From Myxococcota bacterium (GTDB lineage Bacteria; Myxococcota_A; SURF-8), in the NCBI GenBank assembly GCA_965140415.1, contig OZ223209.1, positions 2,799,380 to 2,863,379 of the forward strand: a DNA stretch of 64,000 nucleotides, in the 5' to 3' direction. The position numbers were made by a program, and so were the translations under genes. The stretch's first letter is position 1. The number at the start of each line of letters is the position of its first letter. Positions 40,686 to 50,050 of the stretch are shown one piece after another. The notes below the pieces were generated by a model that saw only the letters and a list, made by a program, of their open reading frames with translations, searched no databases and was not told the origin of the DNA.

Positions 40686-41096
40686 ATGACTTTTGAAGAG
40701 ATAGAGGAAGATCTAGGTTATATCCCGGATAGAATGGCCCGATTGCAGTATGTGGTCGATTTGGGGAAACAACTGCCGGACTTGCCGGATGAGTTCCGGA
40801 TCGAGTCCAATCTAGTCAAAGGATGCATGAGCAAAGTCTGGATGGCAGGGCAACCTTTAAAAGGCAATCCCAAGTTGCTTGAATTCTTCGTCGACAGCGA
40901 TTCCCATTTTGTAAAGGGCTTCGCGGCAATCGTACTGACAGTCGTTTCTGCAAAAACACCACAACAAATACTTCAAGTCGAAATCGAGCCACTGTTTAAA
41001 AGGTTGAATTTAGAAGAGCATATTTCCCCGCAGCGGAAAAATGGGCTTTTCGGACTGATTGGGCGCATTCATAAAATCGCGGAAGAATATTTATAA
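40686..41096 (+). CDS. SufE family sulfur-acceptor protein
   Basis: LGKQLP, VKGCMSKVW (acceptor Cys), DSDSHFVKG, SPQRKNGL; GGAG RBS before ATG 40686. Confidence 0.9.
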   Translation: MTFEEIEEDLGYIPDRMARLQYVVDLGKQLPDLPDEFRIESNLVKGCMSKVWMAGQPLKGNPKLLEFFVDSDSHFVKGFAAIVLTVVSAKTPQQILQVEIEPLFKRLNLEEHISPQRKNGLFGLIGRIHKIAEEYL

Positions 41097-41129
41097 CAGA
41101 CGTTCGAAAAGACTTAAAAACCTAAAAAG

Positions 41130-41435
41130 CTAATCCTTATCAACAAGTTGTTTGGGACCGGCGTTTCCGGCGATGCGTTCGTATTCGCCTTTTCCTCTTC
41201 GCTTATAGGTTGTAAACCCTTTCTTTGCAGCATCTTCGTAATTGACTTTTCCGGTTGCAATGTCACGGGCGGATGTTAGTTTGGCCGGCGTTGAAATCAG
41301 GCGTTCCAGTTCGCCGTCACCGGGGGCATCTTCTGCCACACAATCACCGATGCAGTAGCTGCGTTTTTCTTGGGAAGAATGCAGTATCTCCAGAATCGCT
41401 CCACATTTCTTGCACTTATATTCATAGATTGGCAC
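41130..41435 (-). CDS. FmdB-family zinc-ribbon protein
   Basis: (M)PIYEYKCKKCG...ERLIS; GTG start with GGAG RBS. Confidence 0.8.
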   Translation of the reverse strand: MPIYEYKCKKCGAILEILHSSQEKRSYCIGDCVAEDAPGDGELERLISTPAKLTSARDIATGKVNYEDAAKKGFTTYKRRGKGEYERIAGNAGPKQLVDKD

Positions 41436-41774
41436 GAAAGCAGCTCCATTCATTATACGATTCAACAGCTTGGATCATAGAGCCGATTGCGGATGCAGTC
41501 AAGAAAGAGAGTGCACTAAAACAGCGAAATGGTAAGGGACATGATGAACGGTCGTAATGATTGATTTGACTATGAAATTGGAACTTACCCGTTATTCGGA
41601 CATGAATTGTAACCGAACCTATTGACAAAGTAGTAAATACTGGAGTAAATGAAAGTCTCCAACTAGCGCCACCTAGTGACATGAAAATAAAGTCAAATAA
41701 CCAATACACGTTACGATGGTGAAAATGTGATTTCCTGAGTCGCCCATGCCTTTTGATTGAAGGAGCAATATCCA

Positions 41775-43421
41775 ATGTCGTTGAGAAAAAGAATCTGTAA
41801 TATCAATGTAATAACGGTAGCTTTTCTTCTAATTGCGATGCTTACGATGTCTGCCTGTGGTGGTGAAGATGATGATACCAGCACGGATGGCGATCAATCG
41901 AGTTCCGATGGAGATTGGGAGGGAGAAAGCAATACGCTTTGTGTACCGATGCAAATTCGTGCCTGTTCATGTCCAGCGGGAGTTTCCGGCACCCAGACTT
42001 GTAATGCCGATGGAACCGCGTGGGGAACATGTCAGGGATGCCCGTCTGTGGATGGAGATCTGACCACAGATGGAGATGTTTCGATAGATGGAGATAAGAC
42101 AACAGACGGCGATGGGCCCGCTGATGGCGATGAACCTGCGGATGGTGATGAGCCTGCTGATGGCGATGAACCTGCGGATGGCGATGAGCCGGTGGATGGC
42201 GACGAGCCAGTGGATGGCGACGAGCCCGCTGATGGCGACGAACCTGCGGATGGTGATGAGCCTGCTGATGGCGATGAGCCTGCTGATGGCGATGAACCTG
42301 CGGATGGTGATGAGCCGGTGGATGGCGACGAGCCTGTAGATGGTGACACTCCCGTGCTGAATTGCGATAACAACCTCTTTGATGAGGTGGTTAGCGGTGT
42401 TTCCGTCGGGACTGACAATCAAAGTCAACCGGTATGGTTTTATAATGCCTATGATGACGAAACGTATCCGGCAAACAATATGGTGATAGAAAACTGGGCT
42501 TCTTATGGAGGACCGACAACTGCCGGAACCTATCAGTTTACCGCTACCGAAGCCAGCTATCTGGATTGTGGTTTCTGCCTACAGGTTTACAAGGATTGTG
42601 AAAGTGATGGGCAGGGTGGTCAGAGTTGCGACAAGGTCTTTATGCCCAAGGTCGGCGGAACTTACACAATCAATTCCTTGGGTACTACCGAAGGACAGAG
42701 TATTGCCGGTGTGGTTGAAAACCTAGAGTTACAGGAAGTGACAATCAATTCCGAAACGCTGGTGACGACACCCGTTCGTAATGGTGAAACCTGGTGTTTG
42801 CCATATTATGAATTTTCTGGTGATTTACAGGCACCTGGATTTGTGGACATGGATCCTCCAACCGGTTTGAGTTGCGAATACCCGGATGCTCCTTATCATT
42901 TCTGGGGACCGGTTCCGGGTGACACGGAAACGCAAGCCGGCACGGTTCCACCAATGGGATGGCCCGGCGCTTATCATGGAGGCGCGATCAAAGAATTTGA
43001 TTTGGCGCGGTTTAAATGCGACAACCCCAACATCAAAACGCTGTTTATTATGGTTGGGGCCGGTTGGTGTTCTGCTTGTGAGGGATTCTTCGAAGACATG
43101 GTATGTAATGATGGCGGGTTAGAAGAACAACTGTTGGCTTTAAATGCAGAAATTCTATACGTTATTGGTGAAAACAATAATGTGGCTACAGCTACGAATT
43201 CCTTTGCAGAGTTGAAAATGAATAGTTATGGCTGCGAAGGCGGTTATCGGATCAGCGATACCGACAATACGGCGGGAGAACGTGTGATATGGGAAAGCCG
43301 ATTGTACTCCGGTATCCCCTGGGCGGCGGCAATCCGCATGAGCGATATGAAACTGACTCACTCTCAAGGAGAAGAGTATTACCTGGATTTTGTTGGGATC
43401 GCAACAGAGAACAACCAATAG
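41775..43421 (+). CDS. Cys-rich lipoprotein with DGDxxx tandem stalk and C-terminal thioredoxin-like domain
   Basis: Lipobox MSAC-GGEDDD; Cys-rich module; 17 hexapeptide DGD units; AGWCSAC and GIPW thioredoxin-fold motifs; AAGGAG RBS. Confidence 0.8.
   Translation: MSLRKRICNINVITVAFLLIAMLTMSACGGEDDDTSTDGDQSSSDGDWEGESNTLCVPMQIRACSCPAGVSGTQTCNADGTAWGTCQGCPSVDGDLTTDGDVSIDGDKTTDGDGPADGDEPADGDEPADGDEPADGDEPVDGDEPVDGDEPADGDEPADGDEPADGDEPADGDEPADGDEPVDGDEPVDGDTPVLNCDNNLFDEVVSGVSVGTDNQSQPVWFYNAYDDETYPANNMVIENWASYGGPTTAGTYQFTATEASYLDCGFCLQVYKDCESDGQGGQSCDKVFMPKVGGTYTINSLGTTEGQSIAGVVENLELQEVTINSETLVTTPVRNGETWCLPYYEFSGDLQAPGFVDMDPPTGLSCEYPDAPYHFWGPVPGDTETQAGTVPPMGWPGAYHGGAIKEFDLARFKCDNPNIKTLFIMVGAGWCSACEGFFEDMVCNDGGLEEQLLALNAEILYVIGENNNVATATNSFAELKMNSYGCEGGYRISDTDNTAGERVIWESRLYSGIPWAAAIRMSDMKLTHSQGEEYYLDFVGIATENNQ
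42051..42356 (+). repeat. coding 18-bp tandem array, 17 DGDxxx units including 12 DGDEP(A/V)
   Basis: Read directly; the core GATGGYGAYGARCCNGYN spans 42123-42338. Confidence 0.95.
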
Positions 43422-43504
43422 GCGCTGACCGTGTTAGTAGTGGAAAATTTGTGTAAGCATGGATGCGTGATTCTGTGCGATTCTTGTGAAAAAAGGAAGG
43501 TAAA

Positions 43505-44566
43505 ATGAAGAGTGGATGGTTATCGCTGATCGTTCTTATGTTGTGTCTGGCATTGTTTGTTGTCGGTTGTGGCAGTGGTGACGACGAGACTCCCGATGGG
43601 GATTCGAACATCGATGGAGACTCTGAGAATGAGGACGATACAACCTCGGATGGAGACACGACTGTCGATGGCGATATGGATAGCGAAAGCGAACCCATTA
43701 CCGATGGCGATGTGTCTGTTGATGGCGATGATGAGATCGGTGATGGAGACTTAGAAATTGATGTCGAAAGCGAGCAGGAACAGCTCGCTTGCACGGGTAC
43801 GGTAGTCGATACGGTTATGGGGACCGTTCAGAACCAGGATGGGAATGGAATCGATATGGTCGCTGCTTTGCTATGCATTGCCAAGCCTGGCGATCGGGAG
43901 ACTTGCCTGGACCCGGAATTCACGAACGGTAGCGGAGCATTTACCATCAGTGTCCCTGAAGAGCACCAATGCCAGGTGGGAGCTGCAATACACTATATCG
44001 CCACACAGGACTTTACGTTGCATGGGCTTTATTGCCCGGTGGACATCAGTCAGGGCGGGACTCTTGCCGTGGATCCGGTCGTATTACGACAGGCTCCACA
44101 GGCGACGCGCACGGCGCTGGGAGATACCAGCCAGCCTCACGACATTACCAGTCCCGAAGGCGTGGTCTTGACTGTCATTCCTGATGATCTATATCTTTGG
44201 GATTTTACCTACGATGATTTGCGCCTGCTCAGTTGGGATTCCACCAGTTGGGGGTGGCCCTGTTTCATCGATGCCAATGATCCCCCAGACGCCTTGGTCG
44301 CATTGGTGCCTGAATTCGAAACTGCGCATGAAACCGATGCTGTTCACATCGCGTTCCCCAATACCCAAAATCTTGCGGCAGGAACCGAAGTCGATTTATA
44401 TGGCTTGGGCGGAGTTGGAACGGAGAACTGGACCGGAGAGGAAATCGAAGAGGCGCAATGGGCGAAAATTGGAAGCATGACGGTCAGTAACGATGAAACC
44501 ATGATCCGAACGGCAGCAGGGCAGGGGCTGCCATTCTGTACCTGGGTGGGATATAAACAAAAATAA
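43505..44566 (+). CDS. lipoprotein with acidic DGD linker and beta-sandwich-like domain, function unknown
   Basis: Lipobox VVGC-GSGDDE; seven DGD motifs in the first 90 aa; GTVQNQDGNGI carboxypeptidase-regulatory-like start. Confidence 0.75.
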   Translation: MKSGWLSLIVLMLCLALFVVGCGSGDDETPDGDSNIDGDSENEDDTTSDGDTTVDGDMDSESEPITDGDVSVDGDDEIGDGDLEIDVESEQEQLACTGTVVDTVMGTVQNQDGNGIDMVAALLCIAKPGDRETCLDPEFTNGSGAFTISVPEEHQCQVGAAIHYIATQDFTLHGLYCPVDISQGGTLAVDPVVLRQAPQATRTALGDTSQPHDITSPEGVVLTVIPDDLYLWDFTYDDLRLLSWDSTSWGWPCFIDANDPPDALVALVPEFETAHETDAVHIAFPNTQNLAAGTEVDLYGLGGVGTENWTGEEIEEAQWAKIGSMTVSNDETMIRTAAGQGLPFCTWVGYKQK

Positions 44567-44610
44567 CCCCCAGCAAGTTTCCTCGCCGGGGGTCTGTTTC
44601 GGACAGGCTG

Positions 44611-44647
44611 AACGGGATGAGAGCCAGGAGCTTTCGTCCCGTTTTTT
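44611..44647. terminator. terminator between convergent genes
   Basis: AACGGGATGAGAGC...GCTTTCGTCCCGTT hairpin with a T-run. Confidence 0.7.
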
Positions 44648-44648
44648 G

Positions 44649-45143
44649 TTACTTTTTCAGAACAGGCGTGACAAAGGAAACCAGCTTGTCTTTGAGCGCC
44701 TCTAAGGAAAATTCGGGGTTTTTAGCCACTTTCTCCGCCAGATCCTTGATTATCGACTCTTCGGTATTCAGTTCCTGGGCGATGTAGAAAGGATCGATTT
44801 CCTCGGGATTGCCGACTAATCCGCAGCCGGTGACCTGGCCAATCAACTCCTCGCCATCGAACAACGGAATGGCGATACGAATGAGACCGCCTTCACAGAA
44901 ATCGACGACGGCTTGCTTGGCCGCTTTGGCTTGAACGATCATCGCCATGTTTGTCTGGCTACAGAAACTGGCCAACGTGTCGGGTTGCTCGCGAATTCGT
45001 TCGCATAGCGGGTTGCGAGTTCCTTCTCCGAAAAGGATTTTCCCGCCGCCATCGGTCAAAGACATTGCCAGACCGGTTTCCTTAAACATTTCTTGCAGTT
45101 TTTCTTTCCACAGCTCTTCCGATAAAATACTTAACACGTCCAT
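44649..45143 (-). CDS. stand-alone PocR-like sensory domain protein
   Basis: NPLCERIR...FC...CEGGL...IPLF...IGQVTGCG pattern with the conserved cysteines of PocR domains. Confidence 0.75.
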   Translation of the reverse strand: MDVLSILSEELWKEKLQEMFKETGLAMSLTDGGGKILFGEGTRNPLCERIREQPDTLASFCSQTNMAMIVQAKAAKQAVVDFCEGGLIRIAIPLFDGEELIGQVTGCGLVGNPEEIDPFYIAQELNTEESIIKDLAEKVAKNPEFSLEALKDKLVSFVTPVLKK

Positions 45144-45195
45144 TCTTCCGCCTCGTTATCCACTTTGTAGAACATGAAAACAACTCTGGAGCAAT

Positions 45196-46425
45196 TTACT
45201 CTATCACGATGGCATTCGCAAGTAGTTCCCACATGTGGACGGATTTCCAGGGACGTTTGTACTCTTTGGCAAGATCGCCGATGCCGTCGATGCAGTTGAC
45301 GCAGGGAGTGCAGACCAATTCCGCTCCGGTACGATCAATTTGTTCGACTTTGATCTTTCCATAGTGATTACGGGCTTGTGCAAAGCCGGAGATGAGCGCG
45401 CCACCACCGCCGGAGCAGCAGTAGTTGTATTCGCGATTCGGCCACATTTCAACCCAGTTTTCACATACGTTGTCCAGTACGTAACGGGCGTCTTCCAGAA
45501 TATCCGCGTATCCGTTCATAATGGATTTACGACCGGCGTTACACGGGTCATGCAGGGTGACGATTTCCTTGTTCTTGCTTTTATCGAGCTTGAAGCGGCC
45601 TTCCTGAATCCATTTGGCATACAGGTTGACAACGTGAACTACATCAAATTTCGGTTTGATGCCGAATTTGCGGTAGCCATCAACGGTTGCAAAGTAACCA
45701 TGACCGCATTCCGTATAGGCCATGGTTTTGCAGCCAAGCTCTTCCAGTCTTTCAACTTGCTTTCGCAGGTTGTTTTCCCAAGATTCAAGATCACCGGAGA
45801 ACATGCAGTAGTTGGTGCCTTCCCACCAAATGGAAGGCATCGTCCAGTCGGCATTGGCGGCGTGAAACACCTTGTAAATAAACTGTAATTCGTTCGGGTG
45901 GTACATGGGCAGCTTGGAGTTGATGGTGGCGTAGAATTCCGCCCCTTCTTTGTCGATGGGGACTTGAACTGCCGGAATTTCTTCCTGAAGTTCTTCCAGC
46001 ATCCAATCCACCGTATCCAACCATTCTTCGGTTGGAATCTGCATGTTGTTGCCCTTGTCACGGTGCAGTTCACAGGTGAGTTGCGCTTTTCCAGGTTTCT
46101 TGTCCATGGGACGCATCGAGCGTGCGCGGGTGACCATGCTGGTCATCTTGACGCCCATCGGGCATACGTAACTACAGCGCTCGCAGCCGGTGCACTGGAA
46201 AATCCAGTCGTGATCGATGAGTTCCTGCTCCTGACCCAGCATGACCAGGCGTACCGCTTTACGTGGTTCCATATCGGTGAAACCGCTGAGCGGACAGGCG
46301 CTGATACATTTTCCACAACTGAAACAGTAATCCAGAGCAGCCGTCCAGTTGGCCTCTTCCAACAACAGGTCGCGAAGAGGTGTTTCTTTGCTTTTATCGA
46401 GTTCGATGACAGTTCCGGTTTCCAT
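45196..46425 (-). CDS. HdrD/TmcB/DsrK-like Fe-S oxidoreductase (2x[4Fe-4S] plus CCG domain)
   Basis: CFSCGKCISACP, CTGCERCSYVCP, TECGHGY, HDPCN, YCCSGGGG, CTPCVNC. Confidence 0.88.
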   Translation of the reverse strand: METGTVIELDKSKETPLRDLLLEEANWTAALDYCFSCGKCISACPLSGFTDMEPRKAVRLVMLGQEQELIDHDWIFQCTGCERCSYVCPMGVKMTSMVTRARSMRPMDKKPGKAQLTCELHRDKGNNMQIPTEEWLDTVDWMLEELQEEIPAVQVPIDKEGAEFYATINSKLPMYHPNELQFIYKVFHAANADWTMPSIWWEGTNYCMFSGDLESWENNLRKQVERLEELGCKTMAYTECGHGYFATVDGYRKFGIKPKFDVVHVVNLYAKWIQEGRFKLDKSKNKEIVTLHDPCNAGRKSIMNGYADILEDARYVLDNVCENWVEMWPNREYNYCCSGGGGALISGFAQARNHYGKIKVEQIDRTGAELVCTPCVNCIDGIGDLAKEYKRPWKSVHMWELLANAIVIE

Positions 46426-46428
46426 GTG

Positions 46429-48450
46429 TCAGACTCCTTCGTTTGCCACGTGTGGTTCGTTCGTTTCCTCACTCATGGGGGAATCGGACGACAGAACTCC
46501 GGCGGCGCTGTTGATGATTTTAGCAAGTCGATAGGGCTCGTTGTTGGCGATTGGATGGTATTGCACCATGTTCGTATCCAATCCGGACTCGGCCAGGAAT
46601 TTCTGGACCCGCTTGACCCGCTCCGCCGCAACGAGATTGCCCTTCAATGAACGGCAAACCGACGGATGGCAGCCCATAACCAGAACCTGACTGGCGCCTT
46701 TTTCCAGCGCTCCAAGCATCGCTGTTTCTTCAACACGACCCGCACAGGGAACTTCGATAAACGTGGCTTCTGTCGGGACCGTCAAGCCAAGCCGACCCGC
46801 TTGATCCAGAGATGGAATCGCCGATTGTTGACAGGCAAAAACGATCAAAGGTTTTTTGTCGCCAAGAAGCGGTGTCGCTTCGTCTAAGACGTCGGACATC
46901 TGTAGTTTGCTGAGACCGCCATGCTCGATGGCCTGACCCGGACACGCCGCAGCGCAGATGCCACATTCCCAACAGGCATTGGATAGAATCGTAACGGATT
47001 TCTTGTTGAGATACGTTTCAATCGCACCATGTGGACAGAGCCGCAAGCAGGTCAAGCAACTTGCGCATTTGCTGACGTCGACTTTGACCATTTCCACAGG
47101 AGAGGTTACCGTTTCTTCCGGCAACAGGCTCAATACCTTGGCGGTAATGGCATCCGATTCGTATCGGGATTCCAAGGGGTTGCAGTCATTATGGCAGCCG
47201 CCTGCGAACAGGATTCCACGTCTGGCAGAGCTGACCGGCATATGGCGGATATTGCCGGGTTGCAGGAAACCTTCAGCATCCAACGGCTGGCGCAGCAAAG
47301 TGGAGAAAATGGGATTGTCCAGGCGTGGTTTCACACGACTGGGAACAACAAGACGGTCGATGTGGATTTTGAAAGCCCGATCTGGAATGATTGAATCCAC
47401 CATGGTCACGACAATATCGTCTTCTCCTGCTTGCAAGAGAGGCGTTTTCTCATCATAACGCAGGAACTGTACTCCTGCCGCGCGGGCGTCATCGTACATC
47501 TTCTGGCCGTTTTTACCGAAGACCGGCATATTGCGGAACATGACATACGCTTGCCCACCGTTCGTTACATGCTTGTTTGCAGCAACGATGGTCGCTTCTG
47601 CTGCGCAGCGCCGTTCCGGTCCCTGGAGATCCAGAAGAATGCCAACGGTGTCCGTTTTGGCACTGCCATTATGTGTGGAGTCCATGAGGCTTCGTAATGT
47701 CTCATGAGGCACCGCCAGTTTGGTGTCATCTTCGATGCGCGCATCGATTGCGATGACAACGGCTCCAGCTTGATAGCCTTTGGCCTTCCCATTGTCTTCT
47801 ACGACGATGTGGAAATCTCCTAGCTGTCCATTGATCGCACGCAACGGTGTCTTTTCGCTGATTGTGATGCGCTCATTCTTTTCCGCAGCTTCAACAAGTG
47901 CTGTGGGCAAGGGGAAGAAGCATCCTTCAGGAGTGTCCGTCTTTAAAAGCAGCACATCCAGATCCGCAGAGGCAAGCGACAGGGCCGTTTGATAGGCAGC
48001 GTGATTGCCACCCAGCACGACGATGCGTCGATTGACCGGGCGCGTCGAAAGAGCGATGGGGCGCGCTTGTCTTGCGCGGGCAACCGCAATACGCAGGATG
48101 CGCTCCGCTTTTTCAGACGCCTGATCGATGTCAGGATGAATCCAGGCGCAGCGCTCTCTCAAATTGGTCTGGAAAAGGGGGATGGTTACCGTCGAATCCC
48201 CTTCGACTTGCAAAGGACGCTCCGTAACGGAAGGCTCCTGCGCACCGCAGACGACAGCCGCGACCAGTTGTTCCTGTTCGCACAACTGACTGAGTTTCTG
48301 CTGGCCTTGTTGACCGAATGGATCGTCGATATGTGCAAGATAAAGACTAGAGTCCGCTTTCAGGCGTTCTTCCACCTGTGAAAGGCGAAGGCCGGTCTGC
48401 AGGGCTTCATCGGTATCGCCGATAAAAATACCAACTCGTTGATTGCTCAT
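46429..48450 (-). CDS. degenerate HdrA-ferredoxin-MvhD fusion (QmoB-like)
   Basis: NLRERCAWIH; CASCLTCLRLCP and CWECGICAAACP; MvhD motifs VFACQ, VPCAGRV, MGCHPSVC. Confidence 0.82.
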   Translation of the reverse strand: MSNQRVGIFIGDTDEALQTGLRLSQVEERLKADSSLYLAHIDDPFGQQGQQKLSQLCEQEQLVAAVVCGAQEPSVTERPLQVEGDSTVTIPLFQTNLRERCAWIHPDIDQASEKAERILRIAVARARQARPIALSTRPVNRRIVVLGGNHAAYQTALSLASADLDVLLLKTDTPEGCFFPLPTALVEAAEKNERITISEKTPLRAINGQLGDFHIVVEDNGKAKGYQAGAVVIAIDARIEDDTKLAVPHETLRSLMDSTHNGSAKTDTVGILLDLQGPERRCAAEATIVAANKHVTNGGQAYVMFRNMPVFGKNGQKMYDDARAAGVQFLRYDEKTPLLQAGEDDIVVTMVDSIIPDRAFKIHIDRLVVPSRVKPRLDNPIFSTLLRQPLDAEGFLQPGNIRHMPVSSARRGILFAGGCHNDCNPLESRYESDAITAKVLSLLPEETVTSPVEMVKVDVSKCASCLTCLRLCPHGAIETYLNKKSVTILSNACWECGICAAACPGQAIEHGGLSKLQMSDVLDEATPLLGDKKPLIVFACQQSAIPSLDQAGRLGLTVPTEATFIEVPCAGRVEETAMLGALEKGASQVLVMGCHPSVCRSLKGNLVAAERVKRVQKFLAESGLDTNMVQYHPIANNEPYRLAKIINSAAGVLSSDSPMSEETNEPHVANEGV

Positions 48451-49589
48451 CAGTTTCCTCCGATCCCGTAAACGGCCAGACTGTCCGTGTCGTTTTGTCG
48501 CCCCTGTAAATCCATCAGAATTCGCTTGGTTGCCGCCATGGCTTGCAGGCGGGAGGCTTGAATGTCGACCGGTCCGGCACAGGCTCCAGCTAAATAAACT
48601 CTGGGTTTCGAGGTTCGAACGACGCCATTCTGATTTGCGGAGTCAATGAAACCGTACTCGTTCAATCCCAATCCAAATTGTTCGATCAAGTGATTGTTGC
48701 GGGTGTCAGGTGCGATTCCGACTGCCAGCACGATACGGTTGTATTCCTCTTCCAGGCCAAGTCCGGTTGCCTGATCGATACCGACTACGCGGACGTGATC
48801 CGTTTCGCTTCCGGGACGCACTTCTGCGGGAACTCCCTGCATGAATCGGATATTGGAGCGACTTTCCTCGTAGAAATGTCGGAATTCCTTACCCATAATC
48901 TGCAAGTCGATGTAGTAAATGGTTACATCCAGGTCGGGACGCAGATGTTTCATCCGATTCACCAGGCGGATACTGGTTTTGCAGCAGAATTGCGAACAGT
49001 ATTCTTGTCCGCGCGCTCGATCGCGGGAACCGACACATTGAATGAACGCGATGCGATTCTTTTCCGGCTCTTTCGGCAGGAAAGAATCAAGATCGTCTTG
49101 TTTCAAACATTCATCGACATCAAACGTCGTATAGACTTCCGGCAGGTGACCGTAGCCCAATAGACGTTGATTCTTTGGATTGAACGGCTCGAAGCCTGTT
49201 GCCAGCACAACGGCCTTGCAGTTGATGGTTGCCGGTTTCTCAAGAATCCAGTCTGGTCTACCCGTACGTTCTTTAATGCTGCCGGGTTTGGGTTGAACCT
49301 GAACGGAGAATGCTCCACTCTGACCTTCTACGCCAACGACTTCTGCGTGGGTTAGTACATTGATTTTAGGATGTGAGGCGATCCGGGCGATGTCGTCTTC
49401 AATCAGGCATGCAGAGCAACGAGCACATTGTTCGGTGGCCATACAAGCCCAATGAGCCGCATTTCCGCCCAATTTGGCTTCTCGCTCAATCAGCAGCACA
49501 TCCTGGCCCATCTCAGCCAATGATGACGCTGTTTCCATGCCTGCTACACCTCCACCGATTACCAGGACACTTGATGTGATTTCCGCCAT
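48450..49589 (-). CDS. HdrA-like flavoprotein (QmoA-like)
   Basis: VLVIGGGVAG, LATGF, FIQCVGSRD, YCSQFCC, YYID, LAGACAGP. Confidence 0.88.
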   Translation of the reverse strand: MAEITSSVLVIGGGVAGMETASSLAEMGQDVLLIEREAKLGGNAAHWACMATEQCARCSACLIEDDIARIASHPKINVLTHAEVVGVEGQSGAFSVQVQPKPGSIKERTGRPDWILEKPATINCKAVVLATGFEPFNPKNQRLLGYGHLPEVYTTFDVDECLKQDDLDSFLPKEPEKNRIAFIQCVGSRDRARGQEYCSQFCCKTSIRLVNRMKHLRPDLDVTIYYIDLQIMGKEFRHFYEESRSNIRFMQGVPAEVRPGSETDHVRVVGIDQATGLGLEEEYNRIVLAVGIAPDTRNNHLIEQFGLGLNEYGFIDSANQNGVVRTSKPRVYLAGACAGPVDIQASRLQAMAATKRILMDLQGRQNDTDSLAVYGIGGN

Positions 49590-49621
49590 AATTTACTCCC
49601 TGTCGTTAGACTGAGAAGGTG

Positions 49622-50020
49622 TTACGCAATTTTAGTTCCGCCAACCATCGAGGTTTTGGGAGCTTGCCCACTGAGCGATTTTTCGATCTGGTCGAGAAGC
49701 TTTTTCTCGTCGATAGGTTTGTCGATCACCGGAATTCTTGCGCTGATCGCCCAGTTTGCACCTGCCATGCCGCTGACTACGATTACAGGAATGTCCTGCA
49801 TGTCTTTTTCGCGGTACATCCGTCGGAACATGCCAACTCCCGTTTCTTCGGGCATCTGGATGTCCAGAAGAATCAGGTCCGGATTGTAGCTACGCACTTT
49901 TTCAAACCCGGCATGACCATCCATTGCCGAATCGATTTCGTAGCCTTGATCCGTGAGAAGATCGGTCATGAATTCAATGATGTCTGCTTCGTCTTCGACA
50001 ATAAGGATTTTTTTGCTCAT
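49622..50020 (-). CDS. single-domain response regulator (receiver)
   Basis: ILIVEDE, LILLDIQMP, VVSG, KP. Confidence 0.92.
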   Translation of the reverse strand: MSKKILIVEDEADIIEFMTDLLTDQGYEIDSAMDGHAGFEKVRSYNPDLILLDIQMPEETGVGMFRRMYREKDMQDIPVIVVSGMAGANWAISARIPVIDKPIDEKKLLDQIEKSLSGQAPKTSMVGGTKIA

Positions 50021-50050
50021 GATTGTGCTCCTATGATGGTTTGGGTGAAA

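Noticed and set aside
44567-44648. cobalamin riboswitch (GAGCCAGGAG)
   Set aside because: It lies between two convergent 3' ends inside a terminator hairpin, and the other B12-element motifs are absent
45196-49589. selenocysteine read-through in the HdrA/MvhD-like genes
   Set aside because: The ORFs are uninterrupted with Cys at the motif positions; TGA codons occur only at gene ends abutting the next start
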